Shown here in pieces: positions 39,735-49,761 of a stretch of 64,000 nt of DNA. The position numbers were made by a program, and so were the translations under genes. Below the pieces are notes generated by a model that made no database searches, was not told where the DNA came from, and was given only the letters and a program-made list of their open reading frames with translations. The stretch covers positions 16,841-80,840 of the forward strand of contig JAKUUP010000002.1 of the NCBI GenBank assembly GCA_022447095.1. The letters are read 5' to 3'. How positions within the stretch are numbered: position 1 is the first letter of the stretch; each line of letters begins with the position of its first letter. The stretch comes from Candidatus Thalassarchaeum betae (GTDB taxonomy: Archaea > Thermoplasmatota > Poseidoniia > Poseidoniales > Thalassarchaeaceae).

Positions 39735-40846
39735 GCGAGGATCTCGGCCAGCGCTTCAAGCAGCATCCTGACGTCGTTGTCGTCGTTGTCGATGTGGGGT
39801 GAAACTCTGAGCAGTCCGGCCCGGCTTGTCACCAATATCCCATACTCGTCCTGTAGTCTGCGGGCCACCTCCTCACTACTGACTCCCTCTGGCAGTCGTA
39901 GACTCACTATGGCGCTGCGCTCGGCTTTTGATAGGGGAGAGGCAATTTTGAGATCTAGATTCGCAGCACCCTCGATAACGGAGTCAGCCAGAGATAGGTC
40001 GTGCCTCCAGACCTCTTCCATACCCATCTGCACCAGTTCATCAACTGCTGCTGCGAGCCCTAGGGCTGCACCGAAGTGGATAGTGGTGTACTCGAAACGG
40101 CTGGCGTCATCGGCAAGTTCCAGCCGGTCGGCCCTCAAGTCCCAGAGGTCGGCGTGGCTACGGAAGCCCAGCAGCCCCGGTACCAAGCCGTCCCTCACCG
40201 AGGGCGAGATGTATCCAACCGCGGCACCATATGTGCCACGAAGCCACTTGTAGCCAGATGAGACCAGAGCGTCGGCACCTGTTGCTGAGGCATCGATAGG
40301 GAGCATGCCCATCGACTGCGTGGCATCAACGATCAGAACAGCCCCCACAGAATGCGCCGCCTCAGCGAATCTTGGCAGGTCGTAGCGCTGGCCGTTGGAG
40401 TACTCGACATGCGACAGGGTGACCACAGAGGTATCTTGGTCAATCAGTGCGAGTATCTCCTCTGGGTCCGTGTAGAGGTCCTCGTCGTGACCGGCTAGGC
40501 GGATTTCTGCACCGTTTTCCTCAGCGACCCTGCGCCACGGGTACACAGTGGACGGGAAGGAGGCGCGTGTCGAGACTATGTTGCTGCCGCTTGGAGGGGA
40601 TATTGCCCATGCGAGCGAGCATAGTAGTTCAGTAGCGCTCGATCCGACGCAGACATCCCCGATATCGCATGACAGCAACCTCGCGGCGGCTCGGCGTAGT
40701 GGTATCATACCGTTCTTCTCTGCCTCGCCGTCAAACTCAGCAGCGCCCCCGCGCGCAAGCGCTTCAGACCACTCCAATGAGACTCTGTGCGCAGCGGGGG
40801 ACGTGGTGGCGACGTTCGCGTAGGACAGGTTGGTCCAACTCGGCAT
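39731..40846 (-). CDS. Class V PLP-dependent aminotransferase/C-S lyase-like
   Basis: FPS.VYPW, SHVEYSNG, VDATQSMG, SGYKWL, LRVSPH. Confidence 0.85.
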   Translation of the reverse strand: MPSWTNLSYANVATTSPAAHRVSLEWSEALARGGAAEFDGEAEKNGMIPLRRAAARLLSCDIGDVCVGSSATELLCSLAWAISPPSGSNIVSTRASFPSTVYPWRRVAEENGAEIRLAGHDEDLYTDPEEILALIDQDTSVVTLSHVEYSNGQRYDLPRFAEAAHSVGAVLIVDATQSMGMLPIDASATGADALVSSGYKWLRGTYGAAVGYISPSVRDGLVPGLLGFRSHADLWDLRADRLELADDASRFEYTTIHFGAALGLAAAVDELVQMGMEEVWRHDLSLADSVIEGAANLDLKIASPLSKAERSAIVSLRLPEGVSSEEVARRLQDEYGILVTSRAGLLRVSPHIDNDDNDVRMLLEALAEILA

Positions 40847-40892
40847 ACCTAGCCCTCGGAGGCAGAGCGACAGGAGTTCTGCTCTTCAAGGC

Positions 40893-41168
40893 TCAGGAGC
40901 GTCTGAATTCGGCTAAAAGCGTCTCGAGAGCGGTTTGAATCTGCAGACACAGGGGGCCGTAGTGGATGGGGAGGTTTGCGTCGTTGAAGATGTCGTCCAG
41001 TATCGAGGCAGTCATACCAAGCCTCAGGTCCATCTCCTTGTCCTTGTTGAGAAGCCACTTCTCCACTGCGTCGTTAGAAAGGTTCCTGATGTTGCGAGGG
41101 ACTTGCCTGTCATCGAGCTGTCCGATAACCTGAGCAATCTGCTGTATCCTGTCCTCGATGTCGGTCAA
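40893..41168 (-). CDS. UPF0147 family protein
   Basis: DDRQVPRNIR, LDDIFNDANLPIH; TTG start. Confidence 0.85.
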   Translation of the reverse strand: MTDIEDRIQQIAQVIGQLDDRQVPRNIRNLSNDAVEKWLLNKDKEMDLRLGMTASILDDIFNDANLPIHYGPLCLQIQTALETLLAEFRRS

Positions 41169-41242
41169 GCATATCCCTCTGACGCGGCCACCCGAGGGGG
41201 CTCCTTAAGCGCATCCCCGGAACGAAGTCACATCGGTCTGGC

Positions 41243-42037
41243 TCATCCTGTCCAAGCAGCCCATGGCATGTCCGTGTTCGAGTGCCCACGCCCCTCGCCT
41301 TCGGAGCCAAGCGAAATCAATCCGACTGATACTCCCTCATCGATCAACTCGTCAATCCCCCACTGCATAGCGGTATCCAGCGAGTCGCCAGTCGAGCGGA
41401 TTCGCCTATAGACTCTGTAGCTGAGCAGAGACTTGGTAATCGCTTCTCCCACGCCGGTGGAGGCGACGGCTAAGCCTCCCTGGGTCCAGAAGCCAGAGCC
41501 AGGCAACGGGACATCTCCTACCCTTCCTGCCGGACGGCCACTGGTCCCGCCGGTGCTGGTCGCGCAGGCTAGAGATCCGTTAGAGTCCCTAGTGATGACT
41601 CCCACGGTGTCACCGGACTCGTCCTTGGGCGGTCTGCCTTCCACTGCGGCCTTGGGGTGGCCTCTGGCATCTGCCCAGACCCTCGCCCCGTCACCTGCGA
41701 GGCCGTTGATCTCCTCGTCGAGCAGGTCGGCTGCGACGCGAATAGGATTGGGGGTGTCGCGCATCGCTATGACGAAGCCCATGCGACCGTCAGAGGTCTG
41801 CAAGGAGGCATCGAGAAGAATCGAGCCGTCGTTTCGGAATACCGCTCCTGTGCCGGCGTTGAACACCGGGTCGTTCTCGAGTAGGACGCATGCCTCGACG
41901 GCAGCCTCGACGGCCGAACCGCCGGCTTGGAGTATCTCGGCGGCACGCTGCAACGCGGCCTCGACGTTGTGCTGTCTGTCTGGGCCCGGTCCGGCGCCAC
42001 CATGTGCCACTGCTGCCGGTATCGTCTTGTCTCCCAT
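41243..42037 (-). CDS. Isoaspartyl peptidase/L-asparaginase (Ntn hydrolase)
   Basis: HGGAG, FNAGTG, DTVG autoproteolysis site, TSTGG, GRVGDVP, STGVGE. Confidence 0.9.
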   Translation of the reverse strand: MGDKTIPAAVAHGGAGPGPDRQHNVEAALQRAAEILQAGGSAVEAAVEACVLLENDPVFNAGTGAVFRNDGSILLDASLQTSDGRMGFVIAMRDTPNPIRVAADLLDEEINGLAGDGARVWADARGHPKAAVEGRPPKDESGDTVGVITRDSNGSLACATSTGGTSGRPAGRVGDVPLPGSGFWTQGGLAVASTGVGEAITKSLLSYRVYRRIRSTGDSLDTAMQWGIDELIDEGVSVGLISLGSEGEGRGHSNTDMPWAAWTG

Positions 42038-42142
42038 GGGCAGTCCTGAACGGATCTCACCCTCAACCCACCGCTCGGCGAATCACGGTTCCTGTGAGGT
42101 GTCATACGATTTTTTCAATAATGAGAAATGAGTCGCCGAGGC

Positions 42143-42949
42143 GTGGAACCACCATTACTCTATGTCGGCCTCACGCTGGTGTTCGGATTGGTCGGTGGGC
42201 TATTGCCAATACTCAACCAATCCAAGGAGAATATCTCCAAACTGAAGATGCTCACCGGAATTGCATCTGGAATCCTCATCGCGTCCGCCATGCTGGTTGT
42301 AATTCCCGAGGGATTCGAGCTTGCCTCCGAAGACGAACACGCCGAAACGTTGGTTTTGGGTGGAGCCATTCTCGCCGGATTCGCACTGATGTTAATTCTC
42401 GAAGGTTCGGGCATTGGGCATGCCGTTCATGAAGAGCATCATGATCACGAACATGACCATGGACACAGCCATGTCCATCACGGCCCTCCAGGCTGGATGT
42501 TGGTATTCGGTCTATCGCTTCACGCCGCGACCGATGGTTTGGCGATTGGAGCGGCGGCGGCCAGCGGGGGAGTCACTGTGACAGCCGCGGTAGCGTTTGC
42601 TGTGCTAATTCACAAAGCACCTGCAGCATTCAGCCTCGGTGTGTTCTCAATGCATGAGCGGGGAGACAAGAGTAAATCCATTCGCGATGTGGTAATCTTC
42701 TCTTTGGCAACACCTGTGATGATCATGGTCGCATTCTATGCATTGACTGACTTGGGACATCATATGATTGGATTGGCAATGCTGTTCTCCGCAGGTACTT
42801 TCCTGTATGTCGCCACTGTCGATACACTTCCTGATATCCACAATCCCGATACAGGGAGGAAGGCACTAATGTATGTCATCACAGGAATTATCATTCTGGT
42901 AATATTGCTCATTTTGGCTGATTCCCTGAACCTTGGTCACGAACATTGA
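42143..42949 (+). CDS. ZIP-family zinc/divalent metal transporter
   Basis: IPEG, His-rich loop, HAATDGLAIG, HKAPAAF, AGTFLYV. Confidence 0.9.
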   Translation: MEPPLLYVGLTLVFGLVGGLLPILNQSKENISKLKMLTGIASGILIASAMLVVIPEGFELASEDEHAETLVLGGAILAGFALMLILEGSGIGHAVHEEHHDHEHDHGHSHVHHGPPGWMLVFGLSLHAATDGLAIGAAAASGGVTVTAAVAFAVLIHKAPAAFSLGVFSMHERGDKSKSIRDVVIFSLATPVMIMVAFYALTDLGHHMIGLAMLFSAGTFLYVATVDTLPDIHNPDTGRKALMYVITGIIILVILLILADSLNLGHEH

Positions 42950-43010
42950 GCCCTCAATGAAGACGGTCGTTGCGACTCGTGAACCTTGAAGCATTACGGC
43001 GAGGTGCCGT

Positions 43011-45065
43011 TCAAGCAGAAGGTTGGGTGTCGGTCCCCTTGGCAATGGTATCGATTACATTGGAGAGGCGCTCGACAAGACTGACCTTCTCCTCTGCTCC
43101 CACGAGAGCGTGCTCGAGAACCTCATCGAGTGAGTCCACTGCAAACACTTCGACCTTTTTCTCCCACTTGTCGTCCATCAGGACATCCTGCAGGTTCGCA
43201 CGGGGTATCACAACCTTCTCGATTCCGGACTTGGCAGCCGCCTCGATTTTAGCAGTCACGCCGCCGACTGGGAGTATCTCTCCTCGAACCGAGAGCGAGC
43301 CTGTCATAGCGAGGTTCTGTTCGATTGGTACGCCCTCAAAGGCACTGATGATGGCAGTTGCCATCGTGATTGACGCGCTGTCTCCGTCGACGTTGTGAGT
43401 GCCGGGAAACTGGACATGCAAGTCATAGTCCTTGATATCCTTGCCAGTGAGCTTCTTGATGACAGCACTGATGTTGGTCACACTCTCGTTGGCCAAGTCC
43501 GACAGCCCCCCAGTTGCTATGACTCGTCCGGACATCCCCTGGGCAGGTGTGACCATCGCCTCCACCGGGAGGACTACTCCGGAGTAGTCGGAAAGCCCGC
43601 TGTCTGCGCCGAGCACGGCGAGTCCGTTGACTCGTCCGACGCGGTGCCCTCGGTTGACCAGCAGAGCGTACTCTGACTGGCGCTCGAGGTAGCGGTCCGC
43701 TACCTGCTGCTCGAGAGGTTTAGCAATCTCCCTAGCCCGAGTAACGTGTATCGAACGAGTCAGTTCGGCGCTCTCTTCGGCTGCTAGGTCGCCGGCTATG
43801 CGAACTAGGCCGCCGAGCTCGCGCAGTCGCAGAGACAGTTTGCCGCGGCGCCCGCTGCGTCTCTGCGCCTCCTTGAGTATCAGTGAGATTGAGTCTCGGT
43901 CGAAGTGTGGAATCGCCTTGCCTGAGTCCTTGTCCATCTCGTTCCGGACCTCCTGCGCTATGAAGCGGACGAGGCGGCGGCGGTTGCGCTCAGTGTCCGG
44001 CATGTCGGTGTTGACGTAAACCTCGTATCCGTAGCCTCGGATGCGGCTTCGTAGTGCGGGGTGCATGTTCTGGAGGCTGTCGAGGTTGCCGGCCGCGATG
44101 AGGATGAAATCGGTTGGCACGGGCTCCGACTTGGTCAGTGCACCGGAGGAGCGTTCGGAGCGGCCGCTGATCGAGAGTTCCTTCTCCTGCATCGCGATGA
44201 GCAGAGCCTGTTGCTCCTCCATCCTCAGCATACGGATCTCGTCGATGTAGAGAACGCCCTTGTTGGCCCGGTGCACAGCACCCGGCTCGACCCTCTCGTG
44301 TGCTGGAGTAGCCAGATCGGCACCGGACTGGAACGGATCGTGGCGGACGTCGCCCAACAGAGCCCCAGCGAGAGTCCCGGTGGCGTCTATGAAAGGGGGT
44401 TCGTCGTCGCGCTCGTGCTTGATGAGGAGTTTTGGTATGTTCGCCTCGTCGCCAGCCGTCAGACGGGTTCGCAGGAAGAAGTAGCCGAATACGAGGATGA
44501 ATGAGCCGAAGATGAACGTCAGTATCTCGCCGCTGGAGATGGTCGCCAACAGGAGAGCGGCCCCTATGACGAGGGCGACGAACAGCAGGGTGCGGTTGGT
44601 ACGTTCCCTCTGTATTCGAATCTGGGCCTTGCGCTCGGAGAGAATCCGGGATCCGCGTCCAGCCGGGACGGTGCGAACGATTGGTTCATTCTCGTCCTCC
44701 GGGTTGCGATAGACCATGATGTCCTCGAGTTGCTCGCCCGGCAGAAACTCGGTCATCGAGCGTGCCAGCATTGACTTACCTGTACCCGGCTCGCCGACCA
44801 TGATGACGTGGCGTCGCTGCTCGGCAGCCTTGCGCACCACTATCGAGGCGGCTTCCTGCCCGATGACCTGATCGACCAGTTTCGGGGGAATTGGCACATC
44901 TGCGGTTGAGGTTATGTCGACATCTGAGATCCACTCCTCCACAGGTGTCTCACATATCGGATCCTTGTCTTCGGATACGCCGAAAGCAGGTCCGTCTTCC
45001 CAGGATTCCAAGGCATCCTGTTCAGGCTGCTCGATGTCGTCCGACTGGGCTGACTCATCACTCAT
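43011..45065 (-). CDS. lonB: Archaeal membrane-anchored ATP-dependent protease LonB
   Basis: VIGQE, GEPGTGKS, two TM helices, DEI, HPALRSRIRGYGYE, DGDSAS catalytic Ser, VTAKIEAA Lys. Confidence 0.96.
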   Translation of the reverse strand: MSDESAQSDDIEQPEQDALESWEDGPAFGVSEDKDPICETPVEEWISDVDITSTADVPIPPKLVDQVIGQEAASIVVRKAAEQRRHVIMVGEPGTGKSMLARSMTEFLPGEQLEDIMVYRNPEDENEPIVRTVPAGRGSRILSERKAQIRIQRERTNRTLLFVALVIGAALLLATISSGEILTFIFGSFILVFGYFFLRTRLTAGDEANIPKLLIKHERDDEPPFIDATGTLAGALLGDVRHDPFQSGADLATPAHERVEPGAVHRANKGVLYIDEIRMLRMEEQQALLIAMQEKELSISGRSERSSGALTKSEPVPTDFILIAAGNLDSLQNMHPALRSRIRGYGYEVYVNTDMPDTERNRRRLVRFIAQEVRNEMDKDSGKAIPHFDRDSISLILKEAQRRSGRRGKLSLRLRELGGLVRIAGDLAAEESAELTRSIHVTRAREIAKPLEQQVADRYLERQSEYALLVNRGHRVGRVNGLAVLGADSGLSDYSGVVLPVEAMVTPAQGMSGRVIATGGLSDLANESVTNISAVIKKLTGKDIKDYDLHVQFPGTHNVDGDSASITMATAIISAFEGVPIEQNLAMTGSLSVRGEILPVGGVTAKIEAAAKSGIEKVVIPRANLQDVLMDDKWEKKVEVFAVDSLDEVLEHALVGAEEKVSLVERLSNVIDTIAKGTDTQPSA

Positions 45066-45143
45066 ATCGCTCCCCCGGAGATCGGGCTGACGCTCGCACC
45101 TTCTTGAAGGTGCGTCATGGCCAGCATTCGCAAATAGGTGCGA

Positions 45144-48100
45144 TTACTGGCGCCGGCTGAGGTACTCAGCGCCGTAGTAGTGCCACTGTTCCATGGTCCA
45201 TCCGGGAGGCAGTCCCTCAGGTGGAAGTGGTGGCATCATAGGTGGTGGGGGCGGTATGTCCTCAGACAAGCCATCCTCGGCTTCCTGAGAGTGCTCATAT
45301 TCCTCGTCGCGAACCGTGCTGGCGTAGTCAATTGCCGACTCTGAAGCGAGGCTCTGGCGTCGCAGAGTGATGGCGAGCGCGAGGACCAGTGCAAGAGATA
45401 GCAGAAGTCCGATTCCCACCAATCCCATCGACATCATGGGGCTGGTGCCGGTGGATTCGGTTTCCGGGTCATCGTCCACAGGTTCTTCGATGATCTCCTG
45501 CGGCGCGATGGCGTATATCCGATGCTGCTCCTCCGTAACACGGTCGAAGCCGTTCTGGTCGATGCCTTCGACTGAGAGCGTGATGTAATCACCGACACCA
45601 AGGCCAGCGCCGCTGACGTGGTTGGCGATAAACGGCCCGAGGTTGTGTGAGATGCCCGATGAGTGGCAGATTCCAGTTATGCTGTTGCATATCGTCCAGA
45701 GGACCTTGATGTCGGTCAGCTCGTACTGCCCCGCGTTCTGAATCATGAACGTCGGATTGGTGCCGTACTCGACCGTGTCGAAACTAGCCACAAGGTCGGT
45801 TTCCCAGAAGAGCGGCAGGTCGTCGACAACATCGATGATGATGATGGCGGCACTGGCGTCACCATGCCTGTCTTCCAAGGTTATAGTGACCACCTCTTCC
45901 CCAGAATCTTCCCACGCCATGGTCAGTATGCCAGTTATGGGATTGAACTGGACTGCACCGGGGACGAAGGTCATCGCCGTGGCCCAGATCTCTTCATCTG
46001 GGTCGTCGATGTCTGTCATCCTGTCGAGCAACTCAAGGGTGATCCTGTCGCCGATCTTGACAGTAAACTCGTCGATTCCGGTCAGGTCGATGCGGGGTGC
46101 ATCGTTGACGTTGAGGACGTGGAAGGTGATTACGGTGTCCGAGAACTTGACGCCGTCACTGGCCCTGACGGTGATTTCGGAGATTCCGGTCGAGTCGTCG
46201 TCAAGTGAGCCAACGGAGAGAGAGTGGCCGGAGATGCTTGCATCGACCAGTGACTCGTCTGAGTTACTGAGCAGTTCAAGCGTCAGTCCTGAGACTGGGA
46301 CAGGGTAGCCGTTGTCATCGGTGTCGGACAGGAACTCTGACAGACCGATGCTGGCGGAGCCGCCTTCTTCGAAGGACTGAGTCGGTATAGATGCCCACCT
46401 AGGGGCACCGTTCTCTATCACGTTGAACATCATCATTCCAGAGTTAACGTCGTCGCCGTCATCTACCGTGACGAACATACCCTGTGGGACGGGGTTGCCT
46501 TGGCCGTCTCTGATGACTTGACTGAACTCGACGACTATTTCGAGCGTCGAGGAATCCCACTCCACAAACTCGGGAGAGTTACTGTCGATACTAAGCAACG
46601 AAATCGGAGTCTCGGCGTCGTGGACGAGACCGATCACAGAGACCCTTTCCTGGGTCTCGACCTTGACAGTAGGCATCCCGGCGTACTGAGGGTGTCCGTT
46701 GCCCAGAACGATGGGCAGGGCGTTTTCCAATTCGAAGGCTGCGGCGGATATCATCCAGTCGCTTGACTGGCCGCCAGCATCGGTCCACTTGATTCTGAGG
46801 TCGTAATCCCCCACTTCAGCATTGAGAGGAACTGCGATTGTGTGGACATAGCGGGCGTTGCCGCCGCTTCCCACCATGTCAATATCGGTGATCCATGCTT
46901 CGTCCCACATCTCGGATCCTGCCGTAGAGTAGTGCATCGTAGGTGTCAGCGTGGACATGTCGTCCACCAAGTCGTTGGGCAGGGCGGTCGACTCGAACTG
47001 GATGGTGTCGCCCCTCTCGATCGAGGTCGAGGCTATGGCCGTCGGCTGGTTGGAGACAGGCGGCATGTCGTGCAGCGCGCTGTCGTCGGCGTAGTCGTTC
47101 GACGATACACGATCCGCGGTGAGGCCGAGGAGCATGGCTCGGAAAGTCGTGGCGCCGGATGCGTAGGGCGTGATTTGGGATGTGTCGAAATCAACGGTCA
47201 GTGTCTGGGTTCCGGCGGTGGCGAGGTTAGTGATTGAAGTGCCTCCGATGTATATCTCGTCGAGACCCTGGAGCTCGTAGATGGCGATCTCGCCACCGTC
47301 GTTGTAGGGGTCGACGCCGTAGTTGGTAATCTCGACGGAGACATCCAAGATATCTCCCGGAACGAAGCCGAGATTGCCGTTCTGGTTCTCAATCTGGAAG
47401 TCGGAGACGCCCACGTCGACGAGCGGGATCATGTCGAGGTCGACGGCTGAGAGGAAGGTGTTGTACGAAGTGTGCGGTCCGTCCATCAAGGCGAGGACGG
47501 GCCAGAAGTTCTCGAACTGGGTGTGCCCGGGTGCTGCTCTAACCGTGCTCAGTGGAACCGTCCAAGTCCTTTCAGCGACATTGTTCGGAGTCAGGGTCAG
47601 CTGCTCAAAGCCGTTGTTGTTGCTGTTGGGGAGCCATTCCCTCCAGTTGTTGTGAGGCCTGTTGCCGTTGTCGTAGGCATCGGCGCCGATCCGCTCGGTG
47701 ACCGCTCCGTAGAGGTAGACGGTGACTGAGGACGACGATCCTAGGTAGGTCACCTCAACTGTGATGGTGACCTCGTCGCCAGCGCTGTTCAGGATGGTAG
47801 AGAGTTCCATTGCGTAGTCGGATACGTCAGAACCCATGCATCCGCCGGCCGAGTAGTCGGCGTCGTAGTAGTTGTTTCCGGCGGAGCCGACCTTGTAGCA
47901 TGTCCCGCTCTGGGCATCGGCGAAGCCGAATGTAGGGTAGCCGCTTGAGGCCGCCATCACGTGGTCCGTCCTGTAGATCGGGCCGTCGGAGGGCCAGCCT
48001 CCGGAAGAGGATTCAAAGAACGAAACGAAGGTGAAGTCCTCGCCGTTCGAACTCTTGAGGTTTGCAAGCGAAGGGGATGCGCTGTCCATGCACGGCCCGC

Positions 48101-48296
48101 ACCAGTGCGCTCCGACGTATTCGCCGAACACAGCGTGCCCCGGACTGGTTGCATACAGAGGCATTTTCTTCTGCTCCAGTTGTTCGCGTTCCTCGACCTT
48201 ATCGTCCATCGCCATGAAGCCTGTGAAGGACATCATGACTACCAGAGCTGCCAAGGTCACCGGTTGAATGATTGAGAGCATTCGCACTGTAGTCAT
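45144..48296 (-). CDS. Large membrane-anchored extracellular protein: thioredoxin/Omp28-like N-domain, Ig/cadherin-like repeats, TM, Pro-rich tail
   Basis: Signal peptide; GAHWCGPC; NGAP/NDAP/NALP beta-sandwich starts; C-terminal TM then PPLPPEGLPPGWTMEQWHYYG. Confidence 0.75.
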   Translation of the reverse strand: MTTVRMLSIIQPVTLAALVVMMSFTGFMAMDDKVEEREQLEQKKMPLYATSPGHAVFGEYVGAHWCGPCMDSASPSLANLKSSNGEDFTFVSFFESSSGGWPSDGPIYRTDHVMAASSGYPTFGFADAQSGTCYKVGSAGNNYYDADYSAGGCMGSDVSDYAMELSTILNSAGDEVTITVEVTYLGSSSSVTVYLYGAVTERIGADAYDNGNRPHNNWREWLPNSNNNGFEQLTLTPNNVAERTWTVPLSTVRAAPGHTQFENFWPVLALMDGPHTSYNTFLSAVDLDMIPLVDVGVSDFQIENQNGNLGFVPGDILDVSVEITNYGVDPYNDGGEIAIYELQGLDEIYIGGTSITNLATAGTQTLTVDFDTSQITPYASGATTFRAMLLGLTADRVSSNDYADDSALHDMPPVSNQPTAIASTSIERGDTIQFESTALPNDLVDDMSTLTPTMHYSTAGSEMWDEAWITDIDMVGSGGNARYVHTIAVPLNAEVGDYDLRIKWTDAGGQSSDWMISAAAFELENALPIVLGNGHPQYAGMPTVKVETQERVSVIGLVHDAETPISLLSIDSNSPEFVEWDSSTLEIVVEFSQVIRDGQGNPVPQGMFVTVDDGDDVNSGMMMFNVIENGAPRWASIPTQSFEEGGSASIGLSEFLSDTDDNGYPVPVSGLTLELLSNSDESLVDASISGHSLSVGSLDDDSTGISEITVRASDGVKFSDTVITFHVLNVNDAPRIDLTGIDEFTVKIGDRITLELLDRMTDIDDPDEEIWATAMTFVPGAVQFNPITGILTMAWEDSGEEVVTITLEDRHGDASAAIIIIDVVDDLPLFWETDLVASFDTVEYGTNPTFMIQNAGQYELTDIKVLWTICNSITGICHSSGISHNLGPFIANHVSGAGLGVGDYITLSVEGIDQNGFDRVTEEQHRIYAIAPQEIIEEPVDDDPETESTGTSPMMSMGLVGIGLLLSLALVLALAITLRRQSLASESAIDYASTVRDEEYEHSQEAEDGLSEDIPPPPPMMPPLPPEGLPPGWTMEQWHYYGAEYLSRRQ

Positions 48297-48343
48297 CGTT
48301 TTTCCCGCAGCGAGGCGCCGTATAACCATGTTGCACTTATGAG

Positions 48344-49222
48344 ATGGCGAATTATCGGCTCTATAGAGCCGCCGAAGAACTTGAAGCGTGGAGGCTGACC
48401 GGGGTGGTCATGAATGCCGATGGCGGCGGCGAGTGGGTAGCACTGAGGGAGGACGATGGACGGGCTTACCTGCTGCGTCGGGCTCCCGGTGAGGTCAAGG
48501 TGAAAGGACTGGGCAGGTTCGATGCCGAGCAGCTCCTGAACGGCTACTCTATCGGCGACAGAATCAGTGTCGGGCAGAAGTCGTTGACCATCGTCGATCC
48601 TGCACTTCCTGAAGCCCGCCGGAACATGGCGCGGAGGGCTCAAGTCATCGGCGCAAAGGACTCGGGGTTCCTCGTTTCCTGGATGGGAATCGGGGTGGGT
48701 TCAAGGGTCCTTGAGGGTGGGCACGGCTCGGCCGGACTCGCGATGCATCTGGCCAACGTCCTAGGCTCATCTGGGACCCTCATCTCAGTCGAATCCAGAC
48801 CTGAGCACGCTGAGGTCGGCCGAGCCAACATGGAGCGACTGTCAGAGGTGATTCCTGAGTTCCCCGACTGGCACCTGATAGACGGCGATCTAATCGATGT
48901 CGGACAGGCTGTCTCAGAGGTCTGCGAATCGCTTGATGCTGCCATCATCGACATCGCCGAACCGTGGCAGGTCGTCCCGGTCATCGAGCCGTTGCTGCGA
49001 GCCGGTGGAAGGCTGGCCTGCTACTGCCCGACCACCGCCCAACTGGAGAAGTCTTGGGAGGCTGCTCAGGAGCAGGACCTAGTTATCGAATGGGCCGGTG
49101 AGATGATCGAGCGCAAGTGGGTCAAGGCGAGCAAAGGCGGGGTCAGGCCCGGTAACCAGCCGATGGGGCACACCGCCTTCTTGCTGATTGCGGCAAAGAT
49201 TGCTCCTTACGAAGAAGAGTGA
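48344..49222 (+). CDS. trmI: tRNA (adenine-57/58 N1)-methyltransferase
   Basis: RRAQVIGAKD, VLEGGHGSAGL, D.AEPW, YCPT..Q, RP....GHTAFL. Confidence 0.85.
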   Translation: MANYRLYRAAEELEAWRLTGVVMNADGGGEWVALREDDGRAYLLRRAPGEVKVKGLGRFDAEQLLNGYSIGDRISVGQKSLTIVDPALPEARRNMARRAQVIGAKDSGFLVSWMGIGVGSRVLEGGHGSAGLAMHLANVLGSSGTLISVESRPEHAEVGRANMERLSEVIPEFPDWHLIDGDLIDVGQAVSEVCESLDAAIIDIAEPWQVVPVIEPLLRAGGRLACYCPTTAQLEKSWEAAQEQDLVIEWAGEMIERKWVKASKGGVRPGNQPMGHTAFLLIAAKIAPYEEE

Positions 49223-49232
49223 GGGGCTACCC

Positions 49233-49712
49233 GTGGGCTGGGTCAGCGACTTCAGAGACAGGGTTGCCGATGTCGGTTGGACTTCAGACACAGTCTTCCG
49301 GGAGTTCATGAGGTTCAACGTCACTGGCTGCTTCAACTCCGCATTCGCTTTTGCGATTTACCAGATTCTGTACTGGGTGAATCTCTGGGACGCTCACACT
49401 GCAGTGTCAGCGTGGGTTGTGTCCAACATCATAGGGAACGTCGAAGCCCACTATATGCACTACAGATTTACCTTCAAGTCGACATTTACCTACTCCACCA
49501 GTCTCAACAGGGCGTTCTGGTGCTACACGGCGCAACTGGTGGTGACGACCACTCTCGAGTACATCATGATTGAGAAGTGGCTCATCAACCACTATGTCGC
49601 TTGGCTGATCAACACCTGCTTGTTCGGATTCTTCAACTTCGTGCTCATCCGCTGGCTGGCCTTCCCTCCCGAACTCGACGACACTTATCTTGAACGATTG
49701 TCGGATGATTGA
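49233..49712 (+). CDS. GtrA-family small membrane protein
   Basis: REFMRFNVTG, Y...RFTF, four TMs, NF...RW.F; start uncertain. Confidence 0.75.
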   Translation: MGWVSDFRDRVADVGWTSDTVFREFMRFNVTGCFNSAFAFAIYQILYWVNLWDAHTAVSAWVVSNIIGNVEAHYMHYRFTFKSTFTYSTSLNRAFWCYTAQLVVTTTLEYIMIEKWLINHYVAWLINTCLFGFFNFVLIRWLAFPPELDDTYLERLSDD

Positions 49713-49761
49713 GCCTCCCGGCCCGATACCATTCAAAACCCCGTCCCGACACGAGAGGGGC

